The notes under the pieces are model-generated. The model did not search any database, was not told where the DNA came from, and saw only the letters and a program-made list of their open reading frames with translations. Below, piece by piece: positions 38,954-48,301 of a stretch of DNA of 64,000 nucleotides. The stretch is taken from positions 32,001 through 96,000 of the IMG/VR virus record IMGVR_UViG_3300032722_000006. One strand, given 5' to 3'. Each line of letters opens with the position of its first letter. Within the stretch, counting starts at the first letter, position 1. The position numbers were made by a program, and so were the translations under genes. This stretch comes from a virus.

Positions 38954-41560
38954 GTGAGCTACAATGCCGTCATACAGGTGATTGGATCGCAAGGACCACA
39001 AGGCCCTGCTGGACCCAAGTCTCCCCTCGTTGACGGTGGAAATCAGGCATATGCCACGTCATCAGTCGCGTTTGATTCCCAGGGACAGTACGCCTCAGCG
39101 TTTGGAACTGACATCTTTCACTACGTCTCAGGTACACAAGGCCTAGGGCCAAATGCATCAGGAAGGCAGGTATTTGCGCTCGGCGGCGACATGTACTCCT
39201 CAGGCTCGGGCATCTTCGCCCAGGGCTTGACCGGCAGCATCACTCAACTTTCCAATGGAAATCCATTTCTTGTGGGAATGGGTAACATCACCGTCCTTAC
39301 GAATTCATTGGGTCAGATCGTTGTCAGCGGCTCGGGCGGCACGCCCACTGTCACAAACGTCACAGGCTCCGGAGGGACGAGCGTTTCAAACATCGGATCG
39401 ATCTTCACGGTTTCTTCTTCAGTCGGCGTGCTGAGCGTCATCCCGCAAGGGGGACTCGCTGCGTCGATTGCCGGATCAACGCTCACCGTCTCTGGTTCTG
39501 CGGGTGTGTTGAGCGTTGTACCGCATGGTGGAACTTCCGCGTCAATCACTGGAACTGCGTTGACTGTCTCGAGCTCTATTGTGTCGGTCAGTGGACAAGG
39601 AGGTACGTCAGTCACTAACGGTGGTGGAACAACGTTCACTGTGTCATCTTCTGCGGGAGTCTTGAGCGTAGTTCCACAAGGCGGAATTGCTGCGTCAATC
39701 ACTGGCACGGCCTTGACTGTCTCTGGATCTGCAGGCGTATTGAGTGTGGTTTCGCAAGGTGGAACATCCGCATCAATCACGGGAACTGCGCTCACGGTAT
39801 CTTCGTCAGTGGGTGTGCTCAGCGTAATCCCACAAGGAGGACTAGTTGCGTCGATCGCAGGGTCAGCACTGACGGTCTCGGGCACAGTGGGAGTGCTAGG
39901 CGTTGTCTCTCAAGGCGGAACACACGCATCGATCGCCGGCTCAATGCTCACAGTCTCTAGCTCAGTCGGTGCGAATGCATATTCATCGTACGTCGTGACC
40001 AATCCAGACGGTGAAAATCCAAATGAAAGATCGCTTGTTGGCAGAGGGTCTGTTCAAACGATCGACAATGGATCTGGCAATGCGTTCGTACTGCTTGTCA
40101 CGGGAACGTTGCAGGATACGGGAGCAGGTCAACTCTTCACAACAAGTTCGATCAGGTCAACGACAGGTCTTACAGGAAGCCTGACGCAGGTCTCTGCAGG
40201 AAATCCATTCCTGCTTCCAGGCACGAACGTCACGCTCTCCGCAAATCCTGCAGGGCAATGGACTATCTCTGCAGCTACTGGCAGCGGAGGTGGGGGTGGA
40301 GGAGGTTCCGGTGTTGACCCGTACGCTAGCTACGTCGTATTTTCGACAACAGGTTCACTAGCGAATGAAAGAACGTTGGCAGCAGGAGCAGGAATTTCGC
40401 TCACCGACGGAGGTCCTGGTGGGTTGTTGACGATCGGGAATACGGGTGGTGGTTCGTCAGGCTCGTGGACAACTTACGTTAATCTGACCGGCTACTATCA
40501 GTATGTACCGTACGATGGGCCAACAGACGTAATTCCCAGTACTGTGATCGTATCAGGCAGCGACAATAGTTTCTCTGGCGTTCAGTATTACATGCCAACA
40601 GGGACACCTTTCATCACAGTGATGTCGTCAACGTTGCCGTCTTCTGACGTAGCAGTGTTCATGACCGGAAGTTATCCTGGCGATGGTACGACCTTCAACA
40701 CTCTTAATCCCACGCTCGTGTACTCAGACGGAACGAACATGTTTTCCTCGTTTGAGTGTCCGAACGGCGAGTATGACCTATCGGTGATCAAAACCGTGGG
40801 TGGTGTCTATCCGCATGGTGGGCCGATGGCGAGGTACGTTTCATCTCTTGGCGGGATGAATCGTTATGCATACACAACAATGCCGTACATCCCAATGTAC
40901 GGATGCATGCTTAATCCTCAGGACAACGCTGCTAGCTATATTTCTTACCCAAACACCGGTGCTGGGAACACAGATGTTTTTCCGTACTATCCCACTGACA
41001 CGCTCGTCTGGCAACATAGTCCTTTGTCAACTTCACCCTACTTTCTTGTGGGTTGGATGGGCCAGACACAGACGGGAGGGTCACAGACGATCGTCCCGGA
41101 GGTCTTCTATCCTGACCCGTATTCACCTGGAAATGCGTGGATTTCACAGCAACAGAGCGAACTAATCATTAGGATCGGAGAAGCAATCGTTGGTCCCAAC
41201 GCTCTATTGACTGACTCAGTCACTCTTCCGGACACTGGGAACGGTACTACGACAACTCTAACCGTAGACATGACAGCTAAGATTAGCTACAGCGATGGAA
41301 CTGCATCGGATGTGCTCGGTGATTCGTGCTATGGTAAATTCTCAGCTACTTTCACAAGCATCGGTGGCGCTGTAACACAGTTGGGAACCACTACAACACT
41401 TGTGCCAATTGCAAACGCAGCTAGCACTTCAATGGCAGACCTGGTCTTCACCTTGAGTGCGGCCGGCACGGTCGTGTACTTACAAACAACGTCAGGTACG
41501 TTGATTGGCACTTCGTCGGTCATCGCGCTTCAATTCAAAGTCACCGCAGAGGTAAACTGA
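38954..41560 (+). CDS. Second tail-fibre-like protein
   Basis: Short collagen-like GPQGPAGP, 26-aa tandem repeats, segments shared with the 25603 fibre. Confidence 0.75.
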   Translation: MSYNAVIQVIGSQGPQGPAGPKSPLVDGGNQAYATSSVAFDSQGQYASAFGTDIFHYVSGTQGLGPNASGRQVFALGGDMYSSGSGIFAQGLTGSITQLSNGNPFLVGMGNITVLTNSLGQIVVSGSGGTPTVTNVTGSGGTSVSNIGSIFTVSSSVGVLSVIPQGGLAASIAGSTLTVSGSAGVLSVVPHGGTSASITGTALTVSSSIVSVSGQGGTSVTNGGGTTFTVSSSAGVLSVVPQGGIAASITGTALTVSGSAGVLSVVSQGGTSASITGTALTVSSSVGVLSVIPQGGLVASIAGSALTVSGTVGVLGVVSQGGTHASIAGSMLTVSSSVGANAYSSYVVTNPDGENPNERSLVGRGSVQTIDNGSGNAFVLLVTGTLQDTGAGQLFTTSSIRSTTGLTGSLTQVSAGNPFLLPGTNVTLSANPAGQWTISAATGSGGGGGGGSGVDPYASYVVFSTTGSLANERTLAAGAGISLTDGGPGGLLTIGNTGGGSSGSWTTYVNLTGYYQYVPYDGPTDVIPSTVIVSGSDNSFSGVQYYMPTGTPFITVMSSTLPSSDVAVFMTGSYPGDGTTFNTLNPTLVYSDGTNMFSSFECPNGEYDLSVIKTVGGVYPHGGPMARYVSSLGGMNRYAYTTMPYIPMYGCMLNPQDNAASYISYPNTGAGNTDVFPYYPTDTLVWQHSPLSTSPYFLVGWMGQTQTGGSQTIVPEVFYPDPYSPGNAWISQQQSELIIRIGEAIVGPNALLTDSVTLPDTGNGTTTTLTVDMTAKISYSDGTASDVLGDSCYGKFSATFTSIGGAVTQLGTTTTLVPIANAASTSMADLVFTLSAAGTVVYLQTTSGTLIGTSSVIALQFKVTAEVN
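39420..39970 (+). repeat. Tandem 26-aa (78-nt) repeat GVLSVxPQGGxxASIxGxxLTVSxSx, about 7 units
   Basis: Visible in translation and degenerate at DNA level. Confidence 0.85.
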
Positions 41561-41561
41561 A

Positions 41562-41921
41562 ATGGCCGGAAGATTCACGCTCTCAACACCTTACGTATCA
41601 ACCGCATGGAACATCACCGTGTCAACTTGGGACTACTCTCTCAACATGTACAACGGAAAAATCCGACACGTTGACATTCACTGGTACTCTAGCGCCGGGG
41701 CCGTCGTTGGACCTCAGGTCGTCCCAGGAGGTCCCGTGTCGAGCGTTGCTGTTCCCAAAGGTACTGCTCAGGGCGTCATTGCAGGAAAGATGTCAACTGT
41801 TGATACGCACATCGCAACGCTCATGGCAACTGCGGCGCTCGCGGGTGAAACGCCGATTCAAACCCTTGATAGGGCAGTCAAGACATACGCAATTGCACTG
41901 TACCCGGCCTTGACGTTCTAA
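41562..41921 (+). CDS. Small protein after fibre (possible fibre chaperone)
   Basis: Coupled TGA-A-ATG; last gene of the + strand operon. Confidence 0.6.
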   Translation: MAGRFTLSTPYVSTAWNITVSTWDYSLNMYNGKIRHVDIHWYSSAGAVVGPQVVPGGPVSSVAVPKGTAQGVIAGKMSTVDTHIATLMATAALAGETPIQTLDRAVKTYAIALYPALTF

Positions 41922-42076
41922 CGTTCAACGGGAACGATCTGAAGCATGAGAGCTCGCCTCATGAGCTCCTCCTCCCACGCGATACGTTCATCCTCCGTGG
42001 GCCCAACCTTCTCAGGCGTTGCAGGTACCATGATGACATCATTCTCGTCACCCATAAGATCAATCATGATGAACAT
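41918..42076 (-). CDS. Small acidic protein, 52 aa (absent from ORF track)
   Basis: MFIMIDLMGDENDV...IVPVER*; GAGAGGTG RBS and ATACTTA motif upstream. Confidence 0.55.
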   Translation of the reverse strand: MFIMIDLMGDENDVIMVPATPEKVGPTEDERIAWEEELMRRALMLQIVPVER

Positions 42077-42157
42077 CTGACACCTCTCGTATTAAGTATC
42101 CCGGACACCTGCAACTGTCACCCGACCGGCCTTGTCGGCCAAACCTACGGCCCACGA

Positions 42158-42185
42158 GCGGCCCACGAAATAACTCGTGGGCCGC
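42158..42185. terminator. GC-rich 11-bp hairpin downstream of RNA ligase
   Basis: GCGGCCCACGA-aataac-TCGTGGGCCGC; an extra direct copy of GGCCCACGA lies just left; no clear U-tract. Confidence 0.45.
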
Positions 42186-42194
42186 CATTATTGG

Positions 42195-43427
42195 CTACAA
42201 GGTCAGCCGCTCGATAATTGTGTCGAGTGACCCGGGTGACAGCTTGTTCTTCTCACAGTTGGATTTGAACCACTCTCGTGCGCTCTTGGCCTTGTTCTCC
42301 CACATGTTGAAGTACGGCGCCCCCCAATCACCCGAGAGGTTGACCAACGACGCGTAGTGCTTGCGTGAGCCGTCAGCCTCCTTGCGAAATTCCGCGACAC
42401 GAGCGTCGATTTCCTTGCAGTACTTGCCGAACTCGTACTGCATGCGAAGCAACCGGTCGCCGACCTCCTTGGGAACGAGGGGCACGATGTCGTCGACCTT
42501 CTCTAGGATCACGCACTCTAGAGCGTTACGCACCGAGGACGTCACAGTGTCCTTCGAACGGTGTGCGAGCACGTACGTCTTGTTCTTGACCTTCATGCGT
42601 CGGAAGTGCGAATCACATGCGACAGCACCCTCGAGCTCTGAAGGTGACGCATTGTCGACGAACGCTGAGAGCGTGACTACGTCCCTGATGGGCCACGTCT
42701 TGGGACGGCGTACCCACTGAAGCCTGACCTTCTCGATGGGCTCTTCTTTGCCCGTCGCGGTATGACGCACAGCGAGAAGGTACACACGAGGCTGAGGATA
42801 GACCACGACGACCTGGTTGTACGGGGAAACGAGCTCGAAGACGTACGTCAGTTCCTTGTTGAGATGGATGACATTGTCAATCCCATGGACGGGCCATACA
42901 ACCTTCTCCATCTCGAGTTCCTCACGAGTCTCGACGAGTGCGCGGAGGAACAGCTCTGCGAACGTCATGTTGCCAATCTCAAGATGATCCTTGACGATGG
43001 GCAGGTCCGCTTCTGGCACGGATCGCGTGCCGGCGTACCACCTGTCGTGCAGCGGGTCCCAGTACAAGATGATGCACGTGCCGTCGACCTTCTCATAGAC
43101 GCGAAGTTCCTTGTCGGTCCAGTTGACGTCCGCAGCGTGCGTATCGCCGTAGTTGTAGAAGCGATTCATCGGCCATGCGAGGACCTCAACGTCTCCAACC
43201 GTGTGATCCTTCCACGAGTCATCGTTGCCCCGCACAGAGAAAGGTCTGGGCCGGATGACGAGCCCGCGGCACTGTTCTGAGATCGGATCTCCCGGTTTCG
43301 CATCGATCATGTCATAATTTAATGTGAATTTATCGAACATGACGTTCGGACGGGCGTTGACACCGTGCTCCTTCTCGAGTTCACGAAAGGTGTGATGACG
43401 CAGGTATTCCTTGACAAGCAGTTCCAT
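42195..43427 (-). CDS. T4 Rnl1-like RNA ligase
   Basis: QCRGLVI, RFYNYG, motif I YEKVDGT, FELVSPYNQVV, EGAV, KVKNKTY. Confidence 0.85.
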   Translation of the reverse strand: MELLVKEYLRHHTFRELEKEHGVNARPNVMFDKFTLNYDMIDAKPGDPISEQCRGLVIRPRPFSVRGNDDSWKDHTVGDVEVLAWPMNRFYNYGDTHAADVNWTDKELRVYEKVDGTCIILYWDPLHDRWYAGTRSVPEADLPIVKDHLEIGNMTFAELFLRALVETREELEMEKVVWPVHGIDNVIHLNKELTYVFELVSPYNQVVVVYPQPRVYLLAVRHTATGKEEPIEKVRLQWVRRPKTWPIRDVVTLSAFVDNASPSELEGAVACDSHFRRMKVKNKTYVLAHRSKDTVTSSVRNALECVILEKVDDIVPLVPKEVGDRLLRMQYEFGKYCKEIDARVAEFRKEADGSRKHYASLVNLSGDWGAPYFNMWENKAKSAREWFKSNCEKNKLSPGSLDTIIERLTL

Positions 43428-43490
43428 GATCCTATCATAACACACCATGGCCTCTTGATACACTTGTTCTTGACCGGTTAGAATTCTAGC

Positions 43491-44066
43491 ATGGGATCAT
43501 CGACGAGGCTCCTGAGGGAGTTAATCAGCGAGATCGTCCTCGAAGAACCGGGTATTCGTAGATTGCGCGTGTTCGACTTTGACGATACGCTCGTTAGGAC
43601 GGACGCAATGGTGCATGTCACTGACGCAAACGGCATCACGCATCATCTCACGTCACACGAGTATGCATTTTACGAGAGGAAGGAGGGTGATACGCTCGAC
43701 TATTGCGACTTCGAGCGGTTGATCAACCCTCGTCCGATCAGGTGGACGAACAAGGTGCTTCGCACAGTGCATGAGAAGTACGGACCGAGCGGCGTAGCAG
43801 TCATGTCAGCGCGTGGCAACGGTGAGCCTATCAGGCAATTCCTCTCTAACATCGGCTACAATGAGATTGAGATCATTGCAATCGGCAACTCGGATCCGCA
43901 GCTGAAGGCAAAGTGGATCGACGAGAGGATAGTGCGCGATGGCCTGGACCTCGTGGAGTTCTTTGATGACTCTCACCGGTACAACGTAGCAGTCAACTGC
44001 CTGAGGCACAAGCACCCGAACGTGAGAATCATCACGCACGAGGTGACGAACACGTACTGGCGCTAG
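43491..44066 (+). CDS. HAD-superfamily phosphatase
   Basis: VFDFDDTL, MSARG, K, FFDDS; N-terminal LLRELISEIVLEE helix. Confidence 0.8.
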   Translation: MGSSTRLLRELISEIVLEEPGIRRLRVFDFDDTLVRTDAMVHVTDANGITHHLTSHEYAFYERKEGDTLDYCDFERLINPRPIRWTNKVLRTVHEKYGPSGVAVMSARGNGEPIRQFLSNIGYNEIEIIAIGNSDPQLKAKWIDERIVRDGLDLVEFFDDSHRYNVAVNCLRHKHPNVRIITHEVTNTYWR

Positions 44067-44500
44067 GGCTCGTCGGGTTCCTCATCGTCCATGTCATCCT
44101 TCACCGTTTCGAAATCAATTTTCGATTCTTCCTCGGTGATCGGCACAATCTCAATGTCAGCGTCAGAGAAGCTCTTCAACGGAAGGAGACCTGAGTTGAC
44201 CCAGCCACCGTGTACAGTGACAACGAGTCCGGCTGCGTTCCTTGATGGCATTGCCTTGCCAATCCTCACGACGTCAAGCCTGTGAAAACGATCCTTGTCC
44301 TCGAACGCATACTCGAACCCCAACAGTTCGACCTCCATGAAACCTCCGGGCTCGAGCAAAAGCTCCTCAAGGTCAGGCATGACCACTTGCTCATCTGCCT
44401 CGAGCGACTTCAACCAGACGTACAGCGATTCAGAGTTCGAGAACATGTAGATCTTCTTACCTGAAGATCCGGGCTTGAGTGTGACACGTACTTTTTTCAT
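44063..44500 (-). CDS. Hypothetical acidic protein
   Basis: AGGAG RBS. Confidence 0.7.
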   Translation of the reverse strand: MKKVRVTLKPGSSGKKIYMFSNSESLYVWLKSLEADEQVVMPDLEELLLEPGGFMEVELLGFEYAFEDKDRFHRLDVVRIGKAMPSRNAAGLVVTVHGGWVNSGLLPLKSFSDADIEIVPITEEESKIDFETVKDDMDDEEPDEP

Positions 44501-44569
44501 TGGCTCCTGTCACGATAGTACGGAGCACGTGCAGATTTGTTCGTCTGCTCACTCGGAGTTGAACTCATT

Positions 44570-44661
44570 TGGTGGACCGCCAGGGAGTCGAACCCTGCAG
44601 TTATGCCGTATCAGAGCGTCGCGGAGGTATAAAACCCGCCCGGGCAACCGACCCGCGGTCC
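44570..44661 (-). tRNA. Atypical tRNA, anticodon UAU (Ile codon AUA), long variable arm
   Basis: GGACCGC/GCGGTCC acceptor, CAGGG-TTCGACT-CCCTG T arm, loop TTTATAC, encoded CCA, non-canonical D arm. Confidence 0.7.
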
Positions 44662-44681
44662 AAGAATGGGAACCGCAGTCC

Positions 44682-45395
44682 TCATATGAGTGCGTTGAAC
44701 AGGTCCTTGTTGTCACCACAGTAGGCACCGAGCTTGTCGAGCCAGGCTTTCGACTTCTGTTTGAACATGATGGGCATCTTCGTCTTCTTGTCGTTCGACG
44801 CCTTGCAGACAACACCCTCGAACGTCATGCCGATGATCGTACCGGTACGCACGTTCTCAATGAACTGCGGCGTGACCTGCCCTGTGTATAGAGCCCGAGC
44901 ATGATCGATTCCCGCTCTTTCGACAAGGTTCAAGTACGCACCGGGCATCATGATTCCCTGATTGAAAGGCGCGATATCGAAGAGCGTGACGGTGATGTCA
45001 TCAGTCGGGTCATGCATCCCTGCAAATGACCTAGGTCCCCACATCTCGAAGAAGCACATGGCACGGTCATATCTTGCATCTTTGAGTGCCTTTGCTAAGG
45101 AATCGCCGTACTTGTTCAGTACGAGCTCAGGAGCGCGCCCGAACATAGGATCCGTGGCATCTACGAGGCGATGACGTGTGCCAAACTTGTGCCAACCCTT
45201 CTTGCTCGTCCACTCGGCTCGGATGTTGCTTCCGTCGAGCTTGTCGAACGCGATGATGGGCATGTGACACTCTGACGCATATGCGATCGACGGATACGTT
45301 TTCACAAGGCTCTCCGGATCTCTTCGTTCGTCAAATTCATTGTCTAGACGTGTGTCACGTCGCCTGTAATGCTCTTTCAACTTGCGTTCCTTCAT
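44682..45395 (-). CDS. RNA-ligase-like nucleotidyltransferase (start may be GTG 45305)
   Basis: KTYPSI, motif I FDKLDGSN, FFEMWG, LFDI, FEGVVCK, FKQK. Confidence 0.75.
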   Translation of the reverse strand: MKERKLKEHYRRRDTRLDNEFDERRDPESLVKTYPSIAYASECHMPIIAFDKLDGSNIRAEWTSKKGWHKFGTRHRLVDATDPMFGRAPELVLNKYGDSLAKALKDARYDRAMCFFEMWGPRSFAGMHDPTDDITVTLFDIAPFNQGIMMPGAYLNLVERAGIDHARALYTGQVTPQFIENVRTGTIIGMTFEGVVCKASNDKKTKMPIMFKQKSKAWLDKLGAYCGDNKDLFNALI

Positions 45396-45470
45396 TCAAA
45401 CTACTTCCTGAAGATGAAACTCCTCTCTTCAGGATAGCACTGTACCACATTACGTTGCAGGTGTTCATTG

Positions 45471-45542
45471 AGCGACCGACGGGGTTCGGACCCGTGACCT
45501 CCTGGATGGGAACCAGACGCGTTGCCACTACGCTACGGTCGC
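45471..45542 (-). tRNA. tRNA-Gly(CCC)
   Basis: Cloverleaf; TCTGG-TTCCCAT-CCAGG; U73. Confidence 0.9.
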
Positions 45543-45607
45543 AAAAACGATCTTCACCTTCTGCCTAGTTTGGATTTTGAGTGGGCCGATGGTCATCCCA
45601 CAAAGGG

Positions 45608-46021
45608 TTACTGATCGTTGGGAAAGACAAGATAATCAGAAGCATAATTCGTTGTGTTGAAATACTTTGTAGACTTCTCAAATCTAACACTCATTCCTCG
45701 AGTGTACTCTGTCAGTTTCTTCAACGTAACGTACAAAACCACGTTTCGATCGGTTACGTAAAGAGCCATCACATCAAACTCATCACCAATGTATGGTCGA
45801 GTGTGATCGTGTTGCTTACACGCTTCGAAAACAACAAGCTCATTCTTAGACGTTGAAGTCTTGACTTGAATTCTCGTGAATTTCGAGTTTTTGTATGCAA
45901 CGAGATCAATCTCGGATGAACCGGTGACCTCTTTAAAAACATCATATTCAAGACCGAGGAGCTGTTGTGTCACAGCTAGTTCACCAATCGTTCCTTTACG
46001 TGAAGTAGGTGAGGCACTCAT
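45608..46021 (-). CDS. PD-(D/E)XK homing-endonuclease-like protein
   Basis: KGTIGE, IDLVA...RIQVKT; AT-richer than flanks; ATG directly after tRNA-Gly CCA. Confidence 0.8.
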   Translation of the reverse strand: MSASPTSRKGTIGELAVTQQLLGLEYDVFKEVTGSSEIDLVAYKNSKFTRIQVKTSTSKNELVVFEACKQHDHTRPYIGDEFDVMALYVTDRNVVLYVTLKKLTEYTRGMSVRFEKSTKYFNTTNYASDYLVFPNDQ

Positions 46022-46022
46022 C

Positions 46023-46104
46023 TGGAGCGGGTGGTGGGATTCGAACCCACGATGCTTTCGCGCCTGCTTGGAAGGCAGGTGATCTACCACTGACCGACAC
46101 CCGC
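46023..46104 (-). tRNA. tRNA-Gly(TCC) with extended variable arm
   Basis: CCTGC-CTTCCAA-GCAGG; variable region CGCGAAAGCATC; U73; CCA. Confidence 0.9.
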
Positions 46105-46126
46105 GTGTCTTTTCATAATTACTCTA

Positions 46127-47005
46127 CTACGCTGCGATGTCTCCGTTCAACCCTATCGAGATTCGCAGGTACCTCGTCAATATGTCAGTCTGGTCCTCGA
46201 GCACCGCTCGTTGGTGTGAGAATGCGAAGTGTGACACCAGTGCATTGCCGACGAGGTACAAGGGCCGTTTTAGTGCTCTCGGAATGCCCTTGGTCAAATC
46301 ACTTTCATCCCTAGGACCGACTCTACCTCCAAACAGGGCAAAATTCTCTCCTGCCCATGCCATGACGCCGATGCGCTGGTGTTGAATCGGAAGTTCCGCG
46401 TTGACGAAGTACAGAGATTTTACGTTCCCGGCGTTGAGAATGTCGAGGAATTGTCTGTGAATGTATGCTGCGAACTCACCGTTTGTGCATGCGTACGGGC
46501 ACCTCGGGTCACCTGTGCAGTGTCCTAGCACATCACCGATGACGCCTTCATCCTGAAGGATCTTGGTGATATGCGGGATGTTGAAGACGTTCGTGACGCA
46601 TGCGAAGTTCGTGGGCGCTCGTTCGATGACAACCGGCATGAGGTTCTCGAAGAACTCGTCGTGTACGTAGCAGATGTCATCGTCCATCTTCACGTAGATC
46701 GTGTTCGGAGCGACGCACGCTGCGTAGAAAAGGTGGATCGAACTGCTGTACTGGAAGTGCTTTCGCCTGGCGTCGTAGAGTTCCTTCTTGAGGGGGCCCG
46801 GCGAGAAGATGCGCTTGACCTTCGGGAACGTCGCCTCGAGTCGTTCGAAGTACGCTAGGTCAGCGGGTTCGTCCGTGTTCACCCAGAGTTGAATCTCATC
46901 GATGATGCTAGCGAAGCGATCAGCAAGCAAGTACGGGAGAAGGATACGCATGTAGCGGTATCGTCCCGATGGGATACAGATGACGACTCTTTTGTCCTGA
47001 AACAT
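46127..47005 (-). CDS. GT-A-like glycosyltransferase
   Basis: CIPSGRYRYM, YVKMDDDICYV (DxD), HFAFSHQR. Confidence 0.7.
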   Translation of the reverse strand: MFQDKRVVICIPSGRYRYMRILLPYLLADRFASIIDEIQLWVNTDEPADLAYFERLEATFPKVKRIFSPGPLKKELYDARRKHFQYSSSIHLFYAACVAPNTIYVKMDDDICYVHDEFFENLMPVVIERAPTNFACVTNVFNIPHITKILQDEGVIGDVLGHCTGDPRCPYACTNGEFAAYIHRQFLDILNAGNVKSLYFVNAELPIQHQRIGVMAWAGENFALFGGRVGPRDESDLTKGIPRALKRPLYLVGNALVSHFAFSHQRAVLEDQTDILTRYLRISIGLNGDIAA

Positions 47006-47024
47006 GTCTAGACCTTGAACAATC

Positions 47025-47213
47025 CTATCTCATCGAGAGATGACCGCGTTCAGGCACCATGAACGTGATGACGTCGCCGCACGCCGGACATTCATGTTCA
47101 TAGACACCTGGTGTGAACACCATCATGCTTGGAGGATTGTGTTCTGGGTGTTTGCAAACAGGGCGGCGTTTGTAAGCGCTGGCAGCGTTGTCATCAATTC
47201 TTCGAGTAGGCAT
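47025..47213 (-). CDS. Small Zn-binding protein
   Basis: CKHPEHNPP...HECPACG. Confidence 0.55.
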   Translation of the reverse strand: MPTRRIDDNAASAYKRRPVCKHPEHNPPSMMVFTPGVYEHECPACGDVITFMVPERGHLSMR

Positions 47214-47223
47214 GTATTCTCCG

Positions 47224-47310
47224 AGGAAGGTGAGGGATTCGAACCCCCGGGACCCGTTAGGGTCCTTCCGCTTTCAAGGCGGACGCAATAGGCCTCTCTA
47301 CCAACCTTCC
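47224..47310 (-). tRNA. tRNA-Ser(TGA)
   Basis: TCCGC-CTTGAAA-GCGGA; long variable arm. Confidence 0.9.
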
Positions 47311-47742
47311 AAATGTCAGTTTCTTACTGCGGTACGTCGGTGTTTGTGAGTGACAATTGGGACACAATAGTTTCAAGTTGTTCAAGATGTGATTCGTTGA
47401 ACATCCATCAATGTGATCAAGCTCAAGTGAGATTGGTTCTCCATTCCATGTGTCAATTTGACACTTTTCGCATTTGTATTCTTTCAGACCTTCTTTGACT
47501 AGTCTCTTTGAGAGATGCGCTGTTGGGTATCCTGGGTATTTTCCTTCAAGAATCTCATTGAGAGGTGTTATTGCGCTTGATCGATTACGAATTTGTCGAT
47601 AAAGACCGCAATCTCTCGCAATTCGTTCGAACGTTCGTTGACACACGCCACTTTTCGCAGCAGCTTCACGAAGATTTCTACTTGTTTCAAACAGATGAGA
47701 AATTTCCTCTCGAGTAAGCGCTGCATTATTTCCCACGTTCAA
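47257..47742 (-). CDS. HNH homing endonuclease (C-terminus runs into tRNA-Ser)
   Basis: CEKC, LELDHIDG..TN..LNNLKLLCPNCHSQT. Confidence 0.9.
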   Translation of the reverse strand: MNVGNNAALTREEISHLFETSRNLREAAAKSGVCQRTFERIARDCGLYRQIRNRSSAITPLNEILEGKYPGYPTAHLSKRLVKEGLKEYKCEKCQIDTWNGEPISLELDHIDGCSTNHILNNLKLLCPNCHSQTPTYRSKKLTFGRLVERPIASALKAEGP

Positions 47743-47771
47743 TCATATACTATGATGCATGAGATTGCACC

Positions 47772-47990
47772 TCAGGGAATTCTGTCGGTTGACCACTGGA
47801 CAGTGATCGCAACGTTGCCGACAGCATCGGTGTGAGGACGTATCCCAACATGATCGTGATGACAGTGCAATTTTTCTCCTTTGCACGCATCGGGAGGCGT
47901 CCTGTAGACGCTCCCTGTGTCCCACCACATGTTTGCTGTCGCGCAAGATGTGCAAAGCATCATCATGACGATCAGGAACCATCTCTTCAT
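47772..47990 (-). CDS. Small predicted lipoprotein
   Basis: MKRWFLIVMMMLCTSC signal/lipobox-like sequence. Confidence 0.5.
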   Translation of the reverse strand: MKRWFLIVMMMLCTSCATANMWWDTGSVYRTPPDACKGEKLHCHHDHVGIRPHTDAVGNVAITVQWSTDRIP

Positions 47991-48002
47991 CCTGATACAT
48001 AT

Positions 48003-48191
48003 TCACCTCTTTTCCTCCTTGAGGGCATACAGTTCAGGGTGTTTGAGCGTGATGTGATTGACGTAGCAATTCACACAGATGATCGCCGGACACAGTTGGC
48101 AGACCCACGCTTCGCCACCGAAAGGATTGTCTCGGGAGGGTCGTTCATGCTGCTCAACCTGGCTTGAGCATGATGGACATTTCATGTACAT
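48003..48191 (-). CDS. Small zinc-finger protein
   Basis: CPSC, CQLC, CVNC..H....H. Confidence 0.55.
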   Translation of the reverse strand: MYMKCPSCSSQVEQHERPSRDNPFGGEAWVCQLCPAIICVNCYVNHITLKHPELYALKEEKR

Positions 48192-48193
48192 TG

Positions 48194-48277
48194 CGGAATC
48201 GGCAGGACTCGAACCTGCAAGACCTTGCGGCTCACGGGTTTAGCAAACCCGCTGTTTAACCATTCACACACGATTCC
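48194..48277 (-). tRNA. tRNA-Ser(GCT)
   Basis: CGGGT-TTGCTAA-ACCCG; long variable arm; G73. Confidence 0.9.
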
Positions 48278-48301
48278 ATGTCCCGTACGTGGGACCGACG
48301 T

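Noticed and set aside
44570-44661. Ochre suppressor (UUA) reading of this tRNA
   Set aside because: That register places U at position 37 and disrupts the stem; UAU with A37 fits better.
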